Of a stretch of DNA of 64,000 nt, positions 37,023 to 49,964 are shown piece after piece. The notes beneath the pieces are model-generated. The model did not search any database, was not told where the DNA came from, and worked only from the letters and a program-made list of their open reading frames with translations. Positions within the stretch are counted from its first letter, which is position 1, and each line of letters begins with the position of its first letter. A program made the translations under genes and the position numbers. The DNA is from Pecten maximus (taxonomy: Eukaryota): contig NC_047017.1 in assembly GCF_902652985.1 (NCBI RefSeq), positions 41,850,001-41,914,000 on the forward strand. The letters are read 5' to 3'.

Positions 37023-40000
37023 TTAGCTGATAAAACATCCACATCCAGTCAACTTCTCAATAATCCAATCCGATATAAATTCGGGTAGAAAGTTATAGAC
37101 TTTAGCAAGAACCTGTAAAAAAATGACAGGTAAATTAGAGCTATTTTTACGTTTCGATTCGAGGAAATCATGATCATTACGTTGCTTGACATATGATATT
37201 GGCTTAGATATCTTACCGCCAGCTCGTCCACAACAGAGAAGGATCCCCCGATCACATAGCGGGCCTTTGGTGTTACACTAATGAGTGAATCCTCTATAGC
37301 GTTAATGACTGGATCTGCTGACAACCTTCGATCATTAATTGTCTCCATTCCCTTGTAGATAGCATCAAAGTATGGACGTCCATAGGTCTGTCTGACATCC
37401 TCAGATGCTTGTTCCCACATGTAGTCTATCTCTTTCTTAAAACGCTTCATCTGGTTTTAAATATTATATATAAATAAAATAAATATTTTTACAATCAAAA
37501 TAACACAAGAAATGATGCATGTTTCATTTGCCAATGTGCCAGAACGTATAACATAACTATCTCAATTATATAGCTGTTATATATTTATAATGTATAAGAT
37601 TTGATATACTCTGTACAAAACATACCTGCAGCAATTCAGTTTGTTATAAATACATATTATGGTATTGAGTTAAAAACTGCCGTCTATACATTACATCACA
37701 GTATCAGTGATATCGTCACCTGTTCCGGGCCATTAATCGATGTGGCTTCTCCATACTGTCCGGGTTCTATAACGGAGACATTGACCTCAAACTTCTTCAT
37801 TTCAAGTCGGAGGGAGTCACTCATGGTCTCTACCCCGTGCTTGCTAACAATGTACACCGAGTCACCGGGCCAAGAATAGCGACCCTTCACACTTGATACG
37901 TTTACAATCCTACCTCCTGGAAGCCACAAAACAAACGCAAATGGAAGTGTTGTATAGTAGATTTTTTCGATGATCACGGACATTACACGTCCTAGCCATC
38001 AAAAGCCAATAATGTTATATTTGAAGCATCTATCTTTTACTTTATTATTAGACTGAACAGGTGACATATTTGGTTTTGCTTTCTGGCTTTCTGATCCCTG
38101 AAAGGTATACCTTTTGACTTCCGGATCATGGGAAGGAACGTCTTGATAACTCGGATCATGCCATACAGGTTAACCTCAGCACATTTCCTGTATTGGTCCA
38201 CAGTCGCTAACTCGACGTCACCAGGAAAATCTATCCCAGCATTGTTGACAATAGCCCATAATCCTGATTAAAATATGGCAGTAAAATACACATATCCGTA
38301 TATTTTGACCAGTGACCTTCTTGTCTTTTTGGAGGTAGGGGTGGGTTGGGGTGAGGTTGGAATGATGGCATTTTCCCTACAGGTAACACAGGACCATGAC
38401 CATACCAATTAGGTTTGTTTTTAACTACGTAGTGTCAACTCCTTAAAAAGTTACCATCTGGACCTTTCTTTCCTGTTTACCATTGCTTCTAGTTTCGTAC
38501 CAATGCTTTACATTGAATATCCTTATTGTTATGATGTCAACAATGAATTGTTAAAATTATGAATTAAATGAAATATATCAAAAATGGATCTTATCTGTAA
38601 CTGTGAGCTCAAGTCTAAATACAAACCCAAATAGTTGTAGTTCCCACTAAGAGTTGCAAATTCAGCATCACAAGCTTGTGTGTAAAAATAACGTTCAGAG
38701 GTTAACTAACTCTTTCTACCATTGTTATTAATGAGAAAAAATATGCCATGTAAAATGATTCATGTGATAATACATTGAATTTCTATTCCTAATGAAGTTT
38801 AAAACATAGTACTCCATAGTGAAACAAGATTTTATAAACACTGTCTTTGATGCTTAATTGTGTCACGGTGGATAGGTATTTGCCTCGACAAGAGAGAGAA
38901 GAGGGAGAGAATGAATTAACAATTCCGGGAAAATTGCTCAGGCCGATTTTAAGAAAATATAACCGAATATAAGACACATTCCCTAGCAGAGATTAACATT
39001 GTTTTAGTTTCTTGACATAAGCAATCCATAGAGTCAGGGAATGATGAAATATCATTTGTCAGAAATACATGCTAAAGCTCAAGGTAGAAATACCTATTGA
39101 GGGGATATTAATTTACTCATTATACTTTATCGACCCCGTTGTCTAGTGTAACACGTATGTATATTTTAATAATCAATAATTGAATTATATGCATATTATC
39201 TAATTTTCAATAAACGGAATTAAGTAAGACATTAGGATAATTTTTTTGACAATGTTAAATAATCGTCATACATTACATATAGAGACAGTACATCATCCCT
39301 TGTTCAGTCGCATGAACTTACTCTAGACCATGTTTGTGGTAAGGATATTGTATTATACCTTGTCCAGTCGCATTAACGTACTCCAGAGCCTTTTTGACGT
39401 CGTCATCTTGAGTGACATCAAGCTTGATCACATGAAGCCTGCCCGACCGACGTGCCTGTAAAACTTTGGCCCCCGGACTCTCCTTACTGAAGACCCCGGC
39501 ATACACTGTATACCCTCTGTCATCTAGTCGCTTGGCGAGTAAGTGACCGAAACCTTAACAAGGTAAAATATTCATCATTATTGTTAATATACACGAGAAA
39601 TTGTTTTGGTGTGTATCGAAATTATACTTTGTATCGTGATTGGTCGGTAGAACAATATGGTCTTCTACTCCCAATGTCACCCCGACAGATGTGAGGTCTC
39701 TTTTTAGCTAAAATGAGTCTTGAATTAGTTATACAATGTTGACATTGGTAGTGGTCGTGTGCCGTCCATATTAATGGGATTACATCCAACTGGCATGACC
39801 TAATATCTACTATCTATCTGTGTATTCATTTCTTTTGGAGTAATGGATTACTGCATTATGCTGTTAAATGTAAGCTTTCATATTGATTCAATCAGGTAAT
39901 ACACTCCGACGATTAACAATCTTACTCTAACGCAAGTCTAGAAACTTGATCATGCCATCCATCTAACTAAATAAATTACGTAATATTTCGACAACATGAA

Positions 40001-41108
40001 AAATTAAAAATAATGAATAAATAAAAGAACTCCGATATTGTAAATAGAAAAACTATTATGGAAAGGGTAGGATTATCTATTGGAGCAGGCACCTAACTTC
40101 GCTCGCACAATCCCTCTCTCGTCCTTCCTTACTCCAACAATGTTAGAGGTTTTACACGGCGAGATACCTTTGACAGGCGCCGTGTAACCTCTAACTGCCC
40201 ATAGCTGATTTTCCCGATGCTGACGATGAAATTTTCAAAGTTCGTATATTGAAAAAAATATAGCGTGTCAACTTACATTTAAATGATCAACGGGGTCCAA
40301 TATATATTTCTTTCCATAATCCAATGATTAAATGAGAATAATTTCGTAACAAACACAAATTATGAAGTTTTCTTCTTCCGAAGCGGAGCAGAGCTTAAGC
40401 AGACAATACTGCCGGTAGTGATAGTAGAAATACCACGTGATTTGCCGGTTGATACAAAAATGGATTACAACCAATCTCCTACAAGCGGAATACAACAAAG
40501 TCCGTATCATTTCGTTCCGTTTGAAATAATCAAAACTATTTTGTATCAACCTTTAGACAGCCATTTTTTAAAACGACTAGAAAAGTGCTACAACGACATG
40601 GGAATGTATTTTGTGTGTTCTACACGGTATTATACTATATATTTGTGTCTGTGACATACATATGGGATATATATTGCATACATGATACGTAGACATCGTT
40701 GTTATGACCTGTCAACCACTTAAGTGTTTTTTTCAAGCATATTTCGTTGCGCCCAGATTTCGGGCGGAAACTGCATCAAAGAATTAGTGCTTCAGAAATA
40801 AGAGGTCGCAGTCGGCAAAATAATATCCGATAGAAAAAGAACCGCCAGCGGCCTCTTATGTTATAGGAGTAGTCCTTCCTTAGATGATCCGTGCTATTCG
40901 TAGTTCGGTGACATGCCTTACCTGTATCACAACCTGTGATGACAACGCCTTTTCGGCCGATGTCCAACTTCTGCCTGAAATTGTTCCTGGTCAGTCTCAA
41001 TACAATGTAGACCAGCGAGATGACCAGTAAATATCTCAAGTAAATATACAGAAAATACACATTCAGTAAAATTAAACACAAAACACACGTGCACTCTAAC
41101 GACAGCAT
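37023..41108 (-). CDS. SDR paralog F, intact, 350-351 aa
   Basis: Exons 41108-40922, 39553-39359, 38263-38111, 37916 (or 37913)-37720, 37450-37217, 37112-37023. Motifs TGCDTGFG, NNAG, YIVSK. An in-frame upstream ATG at 41156 is also possible. Confidence 0.92.
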
Positions 41109-42106
41109 AGTGGAGTAAGGGACGCTGATAAGGAAGACTGAGACAACTGATAACATTCACTGAGGGCATTTTTTTCACCTTAAACACCTATACCTATGTT
41201 AGTGTGACAGATATGTTCAACAATATAAATCAAAATGATTTGTGAGCAATGTTTTGCGTTTATTTCTGATTTAGGTCAATGCTTAGAGAAATGTCCGACC
41301 CTTCCTTGTCGTCAGTAATCAAACATTGCTGCGGACTTAATTTCTGAATCGTAAGGTTGTTGATGTCAGGTTCTTTGTCTCCGTACCTTTTTATATGAAT
41401 CTCCATTTCTCATTCGAAATTAGCTTTCTGAATACATTGGTTATCGAAACAGATTTCATATTTTGTCTTCCGTAAGACTAGTATCGCTATTAAGACACAT
41501 CACGTACTTGGTGGTAATCTGTGGCAATAACAGCTATTAAACATTAGCGTCTCATCTCTACTTATATACCACAAAACTCGTTTAAGCCGATTTATGGATA
41601 TCCACAAATACGCTGTTTTAATGCAGTTTAAGGTCCATTCTATTTATCGATGTATAAAAAGTATAAAGTCCCTTCCTAGTCTGTACTCTGCCAATATTTT
41701 CTGTTGTGGATATTTCTCCAGTCATTAGACATGTAAAGTTCTTTCTACTGTAATCAAACGCTGTCATCAGACAGACATGTTTCTTTCGTGACCCAGTGAG
41801 ACCTTACGTTATCCTATACATTCCCAGACAGGTCGACACGAGACAAGGTGATAAGGTCATCACACTGCACTTTGTTTCCTGTTTTTTTTCGGTATTCGTT
41901 GTCACCAATATCTTGACGATAGAATGTGGTGATGTGTGAGGTGAAGCCTGGGCTGCAGATCACTCATATTAGATAAGCCGGGTATGGAAACCCATACTAC
42001 CTCACCTAGAACATGGCGAGTCACACAAGTACCGGGAGAGGTTGTCTATTTGGTAAGAGGTTTCCTCAAAGTGTGCACGTTGGTGTTCTGATGAGGGTTA
42101 TCCTCT

Positions 42107-42736
42107 AACACATTATCTACAACACTAGTTCCCTTTGTTACCTAGCGCTGTACACATTATCTACAACACTAGTTCCCTTTGTTACCTAGCGCTGTACACA
42201 TTATCTACAACACTAGTTCCCTTTGTTACCTAGCGCTGTACACATTATCTACAACACTAGTTCCCTTTGTTACCTAGCGCTGTACACATTATCTACAACA
42301 CTAGTTCCCTTTGTTACCTAGCGCTGTACACATTATCTACAACACTAGTTCGCTTTGTTACCTAGCGCTGTACACATTATCTACAACACTAGTTCGCTTT
42401 GTTACCTAGCGCTGTACACATTATCTACAACACTAGTTCGCTTTGTTACCTAGCGCTGTACACATTATCTACAACACTAGTTCCCTTTGTTACCTAGCGC
42501 TGTACACATTATCTACAACACTAGTTCCCTTCTAACACATTATCTACAACACTAGTTCCCTTCTAACACATTATCTACAACACTAGTTCCCTTCTAACAC
42601 ATTATCTACAACACTAGTTCCCTTCTAACACATTATCTACAACACTAGTTCCCTTCTAACACATTATCTACAACACTAGTTCCCTTCTAACACATTATCT
42701 ACAACACTAGTTCGCTTTGTTACTTAGCGCTGTACA
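42107..42736. repeat. Compound minisatellite: 44-bp units (about 9), 31-bp units (about 6), then one 44-bp unit
   Basis: ACACATTATCTACAACACTAGTTCCCTTTGTTACCTAGCGCTGT and ACACATTATCTACAACACTAGTTCCCTTCTA. Confidence 0.95.
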
Positions 42737-43153
42737 ACTTTGTGAACATGAAAACTAAGTTAGATTAAGATTATTTTTCCTTTCTTCTTGAGGACGTGAT
42801 AATCTGTATATTGCTCTTTATCTATGTGCCTTACTCTGCCATTCCTAACATCTGTTCTTATGTAAGTTGTGTACACAATAAAAAAGCACAATTATAATTG
42901 GAAGTCGTATTCAAGTTCATGCATCTAAAAAATTAGAAAAATAATGTTTTTTGAATCTATATTTTATTTTCAAATGCTTGTTTGGGACTGTATACTTCAA
43001 GTTTTGTAGAGTAAATAATATCAGTAGGAGCGAATTAAAACAGCCATATACGGACATAAGGTCTTGCATGCGTTCCACGGGTCAGGTGATACTGGGTATA
43101 ACGGTCATGCTGAAAATATAACATCTATCATATTTTCTTGCGTGAGCAAGATC

Positions 43154-46100
43154 TTATTGTTCCGGAAAGGATGAGTACCCGGTCATCTTGTCAACGACGA
43201 TATCTCCGAGCCAGCTAGGTAGGTAACCATAGACTCGCGCCAGGATCTACAAAAATACAAAAACAATGCAATGAAACATCACCAATTTATTGCAATATTT
43301 TTACAAAGACAAACATATTATCATCATCGTGACATTATTAAATCCTTATTATCATTGTAACCACAATCATCATCACGTTCATTCAGACTTTAACACACCA
43401 ACATATACATATAAGCTGTATACGTTTTCAGGTGCTGTGGAACAGTCACACATAGCTATCAATACCGACTTCACCGAGGACAAATTATGTCCCGTATTTC
43501 TAAGATGAATCCCGATGAGTTCAGGACTCTGGTTGCCGTCTGGTTTGTACAAGGGGAGGTAACTTGTACAAATTGTAGTTGATGCGACATTGGAAAGTCG
43601 CCTACTCTTAGGTTGATGAAAATGGCCCTCACCACTCGAACATTGTTTTTCGTTTCGAATTTTTCCAATTGGCAATTATCTAAAATGAAAGTAGAATATT
43701 GCTGATCGGTTCTGGATTTCCGAGAAAAATGCCTACAGAAATGGCCACTGTGGTTGAAGTTATTATTAGGTAAACCTAGCTTGTCTCCGCAACGGATGAT
43801 TCCGATAGCAATAAAGAGTAAACATCGTTTAATCAGTCGATAGTGGAACGCTTGTACAATTTATATAACATTAACGTGTGATTAAACAAATCACCGGAAC
43901 AGATAAGAATAAGATCATCATCATCACCATCACCATCATCATCATCATCATCATCATCTCTATACCTCCCAGAGCAGATCACAGGTGGTTACGTTTTATT
44001 TACTAATATGTCTTGGCTTACAGCGTAAACGTCAAGGCGATACCCTGGTACCAGGTATCTGATGTTTGGGTGTTCAGTGACGATGGCGTCCTCCAGTGCG
44101 TCAGTAAGTGGGGCCATAGATAACGTCCCTTGGTTTCCGTTTGTTCCTTTCAGATTTCGATAGACGTAGTTTCGTCCATATGTCTTCTTAACACTCTCCG
44201 AGGCGTGTTCCCACATGTAATCCGTCTCCCTCCGGATCCTCTCCATCTAAAACAATGGTGTAAATTGTTTTCTTTATTCAATTTACGTGTTTCATCCGTA
44301 AAGAGAATTGGAACTTTTTTGTTATAAGTTGTTGTTATCAAATATCACAATAGAGATGAAACTGAAAGTATCTATACAAAATATTTATTTTATTATAAAA
44401 CCAAAATCACATCATATGTAACCTACATTTTAATTAATTAAAACGAAGGTAAATGGCCTTTCCTTTCTCCATCTTGACTTTGTTTATACGTGTATCCTAC
44501 ACTTTCTGATTTTGACACCTGTGGTACCTGTAGATATGCTCTCTCGTTGTGTTTGCCACTTGTCAAACACGTATGCATTTTAAAATATTGAAACTACTGC
44601 CAATTGTTCCCCTCCAACATTCTTTAGGTAACCTTTATTGTCATGACATCAACTGCAATACAGTATGTTCCGGGACATTGATTGACCTTCAGCCAAGTTT
44701 AGATACAGTCAAACTTACCGTGTCTTAATAGAATGTATATGTCTTGAACTGAAAACAAAAATCTGTTCAACGATAATATTAATCCATCATTACCATGTCT
44801 GGACTCCAAATCGATGTGGCATCCACAAAGTTTCCTGGTTCGACAATCACCACCTTCACTCCAAACTTCTTCATCTCCATCCTGAGCGAGTCACTCATGG
44901 TCTCTAATCCATGTTTAGTGACATGATACAAAGACTCACTTGGCCAGGAAAAACGCCCTCTGACACTCGAAACGTTTACAATCCTTCCTAATATAAAGAT
45001 ATATTTATATTTGTATGTAAAATCGTATCAAAGATACATTAATGGACCAAGAATGGACAAGACAAAGAAAAACCACAAAGAGAGAGAGAGACAGAGCATA
45101 CATACCATACACCCATTTATAATATACTCGTTCAATAAAGATGCCGAAAGCAAAAACTTACGGCTATTTACTCTAGATCGTAAGATGAATGACAAATGTT
45201 ACGGATGAATGGCAGAAAACTGATCTTCAATAAATGTGGTGAAGAGATCAGACAGTATATGGAATACATGACTTACCTTTAGACGCTATGGACAGTGACA
45301 GTATAGGAATGCATGACTAACTTTTATATACTGTGGGTAGTAAAGGTAGTAAAGGTATATGGAATACATGACTAACCTCTAGACATTGTAGACAGTGACA
45401 GTATATGGAATGCATTACTGGCCTTACGGCACTATGGACAGTGAAAGTATATGGAATACATGACTTACCTTTAGACACTATGGACAGTGACAGTATATGG
45501 AATACATGACTTACCTTTAGACACTATGGACAGTGACAGTATATGGAATACACGACTTACCTTTAGACACTATGGACAGTGAAAGTATATGGTATACATG
45601 ACTTACCTTTAGACACTATGGGCAGTGACAGTATATGGTATACATGACTTACCTTAAGACACTATGGACAGTGACAGTATATGGAATACATGACTTACCT
45701 TTAGACACTATGGACAGTGAAAGTATATGGTATACATGACTTACCTTTAGACACTGTGGACAGTGAAGGTACATGTATATGGAATACACGACTTACCTTT
45801 AGATTCGCGGATGAGCGGCAGGAATGCCCGAATTACCCGTATCGGACCGTACAGGTTGACATCGGCACATTTCTGGTATTGTTCTATTGTCGCTAATTCT
45901 ACATCTCCTGGCATATTGATCCCAGCATTATTTATCACCGCCCACAGATCTGGACAAACATATAACATTTCATTAAATCAAATATTAAAATTGATTTATA
46001 ATTAAATCTGTAAGGTATGTATTGCAAATAGTCAATATCAATTTAAAAGCGAGATATTTCGAGCTTCTTGCATTGAAAATTAAATTTTGTAACTGGTTAG

Positions 46101-47142
46101 CAAAATGTGGTCGAAAGACTATATCCGTTTTGAAAATAATTACTTCTGGTAAGTATTAATAGAAAAAAATGAGTAGGGTCTGATATTTTTTCTTTTAATA
46201 CTAACCAGAAACAGACGCCTGTGGTCTAACCCGATGCTTCTGTGATACCCTTGTGACATGGTATGGTCATTTAGTCGGTATCATTCATAGTACAATGTAT
46301 AGATTTGGGTTTTTTTTTTGCACTGGAAGAACTATCTTTTTAACACGATTGCTAAACATCTAAAAGAGTCGAGTTGTTAAAATTTGATTTGGTGGCAAAT
46401 GTCATGATGTAGAAGACACTGTTAAAATGTGTTGATCTTATATATTGATCCGTTTTGAAGATATTGACAAATATATTCACTGCCTCTATATAACGTACGT
46501 GAATGTCTTACAATTCCAGTACATACAAAAACTAGGTCACGCCGTAGTAGATAGTCTAATCTGTGCCGCGTACCTACACGTTACACATGTGGCGTACCCT
46601 ATGGTATCTTGTATTACCTCCTCTATTCGTCACATACTCCAATGCTGTGTTTACGTCCTCTTCCTTCGTGACATCCAGTTTGATGACATGTAGGTTGTAT
46701 GAATGACGAGAACGTAGGGCCTCGGCTCCGTTGCTGTTTTCATTCAAAACCCCTGCATACACAATAAATCCTTTGTCGTCTAAGCGCTGGGCGATGTGGT
46801 TTCCGAATCCTAGTTAAAGATATATATCTACACGTTCTCAAGAAAAGAAAAAGTGAAGAAAAAATGTAAATAAATGCTATCAGTAACTTGATTGTCTGGT
46901 AGACATCACTTGTCGTGAGTATACGTGTACTTACAGGAAGGATATCGTACTGTACCTGTGTCACAACCCGTTATTAGAATCGCTTTCCCATCGACGGTCA
47001 GTCTGTGTTTCACTTTGGTCAGTCGATAACCTATGTACAGTAAGACTAGCCCTAACGACCACTTCCAATAAACAAGAACGACGTAAATATTTAACAGACA
47101 AACCCCTACAAACAACAGGAATTCTGCATGGTAGATCTCCAT
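43154..47142 (-). CDS. SDR paralog G, divergent, intact, 347 aa
   Basis: Exons 47142-46956, 46809-46618, 45949-45797, 44987-44794, 44246-44022, 43246-43154 (1044 nt). Motifs TGCDTGFG, NNAG, NVSSV, YHVTK, EPGNF; same intron positions as A-F. Confidence 0.92.
43914..43957. repeat. (CAT/CAC)n microsatellite in intron 5 of SDR G
   Basis: Direct reading. Confidence 0.9.
45250..45803. repeat. 46-bp minisatellite made of the exon 3 end plus 5' splice site of SDR G
   Basis: ACTTACCTT recurs at 45271, 45463, 45509, 45555, 45601, 45647, 45693 and 45739, and at the true donor 45791. Confidence 0.93.
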
Positions 47143-49034
47143 CGTAGCCCTAGCTATTACACACATACACGAAGGCACCACCTTACTGAGCTACAAGTAG
47201 TGTGTTGGAGTTAGTGGCACGGTGCAGCACCAGTCCGTTATCGAATTACCCTTCATAGTAATATACATCAGATTTAACTCAAATACATATTTATCGAAAT
47301 GGAAAAGAAACTCTAAAGCATTTCACAGGCAATATAAAATAGCACGTCAAATTAATATTAAGTCTTGTACGAAGAGTGATAACTCCCACAGTAATGCTGC
47401 AATCTGTAATAAATAAAATCCATTTCAGGCCGAAAACATCTATTTAAGTTTTTAGTAGGTAATATGGTCTCATCTATATGGTATGATATTAACTGTCTGA
47501 ATCAAATTTTCGGTCCGGGAACTATAAATCCAGACAGCCAATATGAAGCGATATTATCTGCCTAAAAACCTTAAAAACATAATAGTATATTAATTCATTT
47601 TGAGCCTCAAACTTTTTTTGGAACATTTTGACTGGAGTAATACATTTGTGTACAACCCCTTAAAATATGCCAATACACTGTACACATTGAATCAAATACC
47701 GAAGATAAACTCTAGCTAATGAACAGGTGCTGGTTTCATTTCATAGATAATCTTTGCGGATCGGGACCGATTTTCAAAGAATTATTTTCCCTTCCAAAAG
47801 GAAACGTTTAGGCTTATCATCGTCAGTCCAAAATACTGACACTTTGAATGACCAGAGGTAAAATCACTACAGTAGTTTGTAGTCTGTTTCTTTCATCAAT
47901 ATATTCATGACAGTCTATTAATAAGTGTTTCACGATGTCATCGTATGACAAGAAATCCAAATTTTCGACACATGTTCTGCAGACAAAGGCACAGCATGTA
48001 CAATGTGTACATTGTATGTATATTTCCGAAATGAGTTCGATATAACCGTCTTAACACGCGCCCCTCTTAAGTTCAGAAGTTTTTTTATTTTGAATTAGTC
48101 ACTATATTTCCGGGCGATTTTGGTGGGGAAATATCATTGTTTTATGAAACGGCCAAGAAAATCTTCAAGACTGTTTTTATAAATTGTAGTAATCAGTGTA
48201 TGAAAAATGTTCGTACATTCTGATAATCCGAAAATGAGAAATAGCCCTATTTAATTATCAAATAAATGTTTATCTTTTTTGGCTCTATCGGTCAAACATA
48301 GTCTCCCAAAGAACCAAAATGTTTACTTATTTATGAAATGTGAGAGCCGACATATCCCAAGAGTTTCAATAGTATGCTGTCTGACTGTGAATTTCTATCA
48401 AATCCTTTCAGGATTCGACAGCATCTCCGCTCCGTTACCTCAATTCTAACCATCAAGGTTGACGACTATCTCACTGCTCACCTCGGTTCATATCAATATC
48501 CGATTATCAATATGTTTTTGCATTTGATCCATTTAAAAAAAAATCATTATGTTTGTGTACCTTTTAAAACTGATTTAAACATTTTAATCTACGTTTCACA
48601 GAAGTTTACATTTTATATTGTTTAAATGCATGTACAAGGTACGTAAAATAATATCCCAGCTCGATGCCGACTAAACCTGTTTCTGGTTACATATACGTTA
48701 AACAGGAGTCGTACTAACGATGATAAAACGAAATGAATGAGCGGTCCTAGCGGAGAGATGAATTAAATAACTCAAGTAGATAATCCAGTCAATATATTTC
48801 ATCCGTAAGTAGAAAAAAACAACAACAAAAAAACAAGATACACTTTAACCTTACAAACCATTCTAAAAATTGCCTTTGGTATTTTTTCTCCCAATAACCA
48901 CATTATGCCTTCCTTTTAAAACAAGAAAGTATTTCGTAGCGACACATATCATGTAGTCACAAATAATCTAAGATAAATCATAAGTAATGAATACACTCGT
49001 AGTCGTGACCTTATTCAGGGCAGTGTTGACTGGA

Positions 49035-49118
49035 GCACAAGGACACAACACAGTGCCATCGACGGGTCTCGAACTAGCGATCCTGTATCTCCACCCCAGC
49101 GTCCTTCAACTAGACGTA
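49035..49118 (-). mobile_element. Possible CORE-type SINE head fragment
   Basis: CAAGGACACAAC...GGGTCTCGAAC, the reverse complement of a B-box GTTCGAGACCC plus a CORE-like GTGTTGTGTCCTTG. Confidence 0.45.
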
Positions 49119-49964
49119 TAGACTACCGTAGGGCAGTGTGTCAAGACTGTTATTTTGTGATTGAGAGCGTGTTGAGTGTTTAAACGATAAACGGAAACTT
49201 GACCGGGTCATAAAGTTACCGATATGGCCGAGCTGTAAGGTCAGCGGCCTTGAAAAGTCAGAATGAAATACTCATCGATTGTATGCCAAGTACAGTCTGA
49301 TCACAAGCTACTCGACCATCACCGACAATCATTGACCATCCATGGGTCGGAAGGGCACTAGTCTTCCTTATTTGACCGTACTCGATGTTAACACTGACCA
49401 GTTATACAATTCCTCTGTGGACCTTAGCATTAAGGTGACTGGGGACTAGCTACCAAACTACCATATATATTCCTTAAACGGGTGCGACTCAGTCTTTAAT
49501 ATCCATACAAAACCAAAGACAATGGTTCGTTATATGTTGGATTTAGTCTGTATACATTATGTAAATACATAACAGGCTTAATTACATATGAGTTACGTGG
49601 AGACACAATCAATCTGGTCAGTAGACATCAGAACTAACACTGTTCACGTTTTTTTTAAATGGAAGACAAACTACTTTCAAAACTAATCTGCCACTAAAAC
49701 ACCTCAATTTTTCCGGTGTTATGTGAATTTGAAAGGCGTGTGAGGCTTTCACGAAGCATTGCATGTTAAAAGAATAAATTAGAATGCTAATTGTATGTTT
49801 TTATTCTTCATAATAAGTTGACTGATCTTGCTAGATTGAATATCTTTTACCTGTAGACTTAATAGGCTAATGGTGTAACGGGCTGGACCATATTTGCCAT
49901 CTAAGCATCTAACCTACATGTATGCTCTTTTTTATGCTATTTACAAGATTATATTAAACGAGGT

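Noticed and set aside
43379-43860. Overlapping ORFs in intron 5 of SDR G as a nested gene
   Set aside because: No recognisable motif or exon structure; more likely a repeat fragment.
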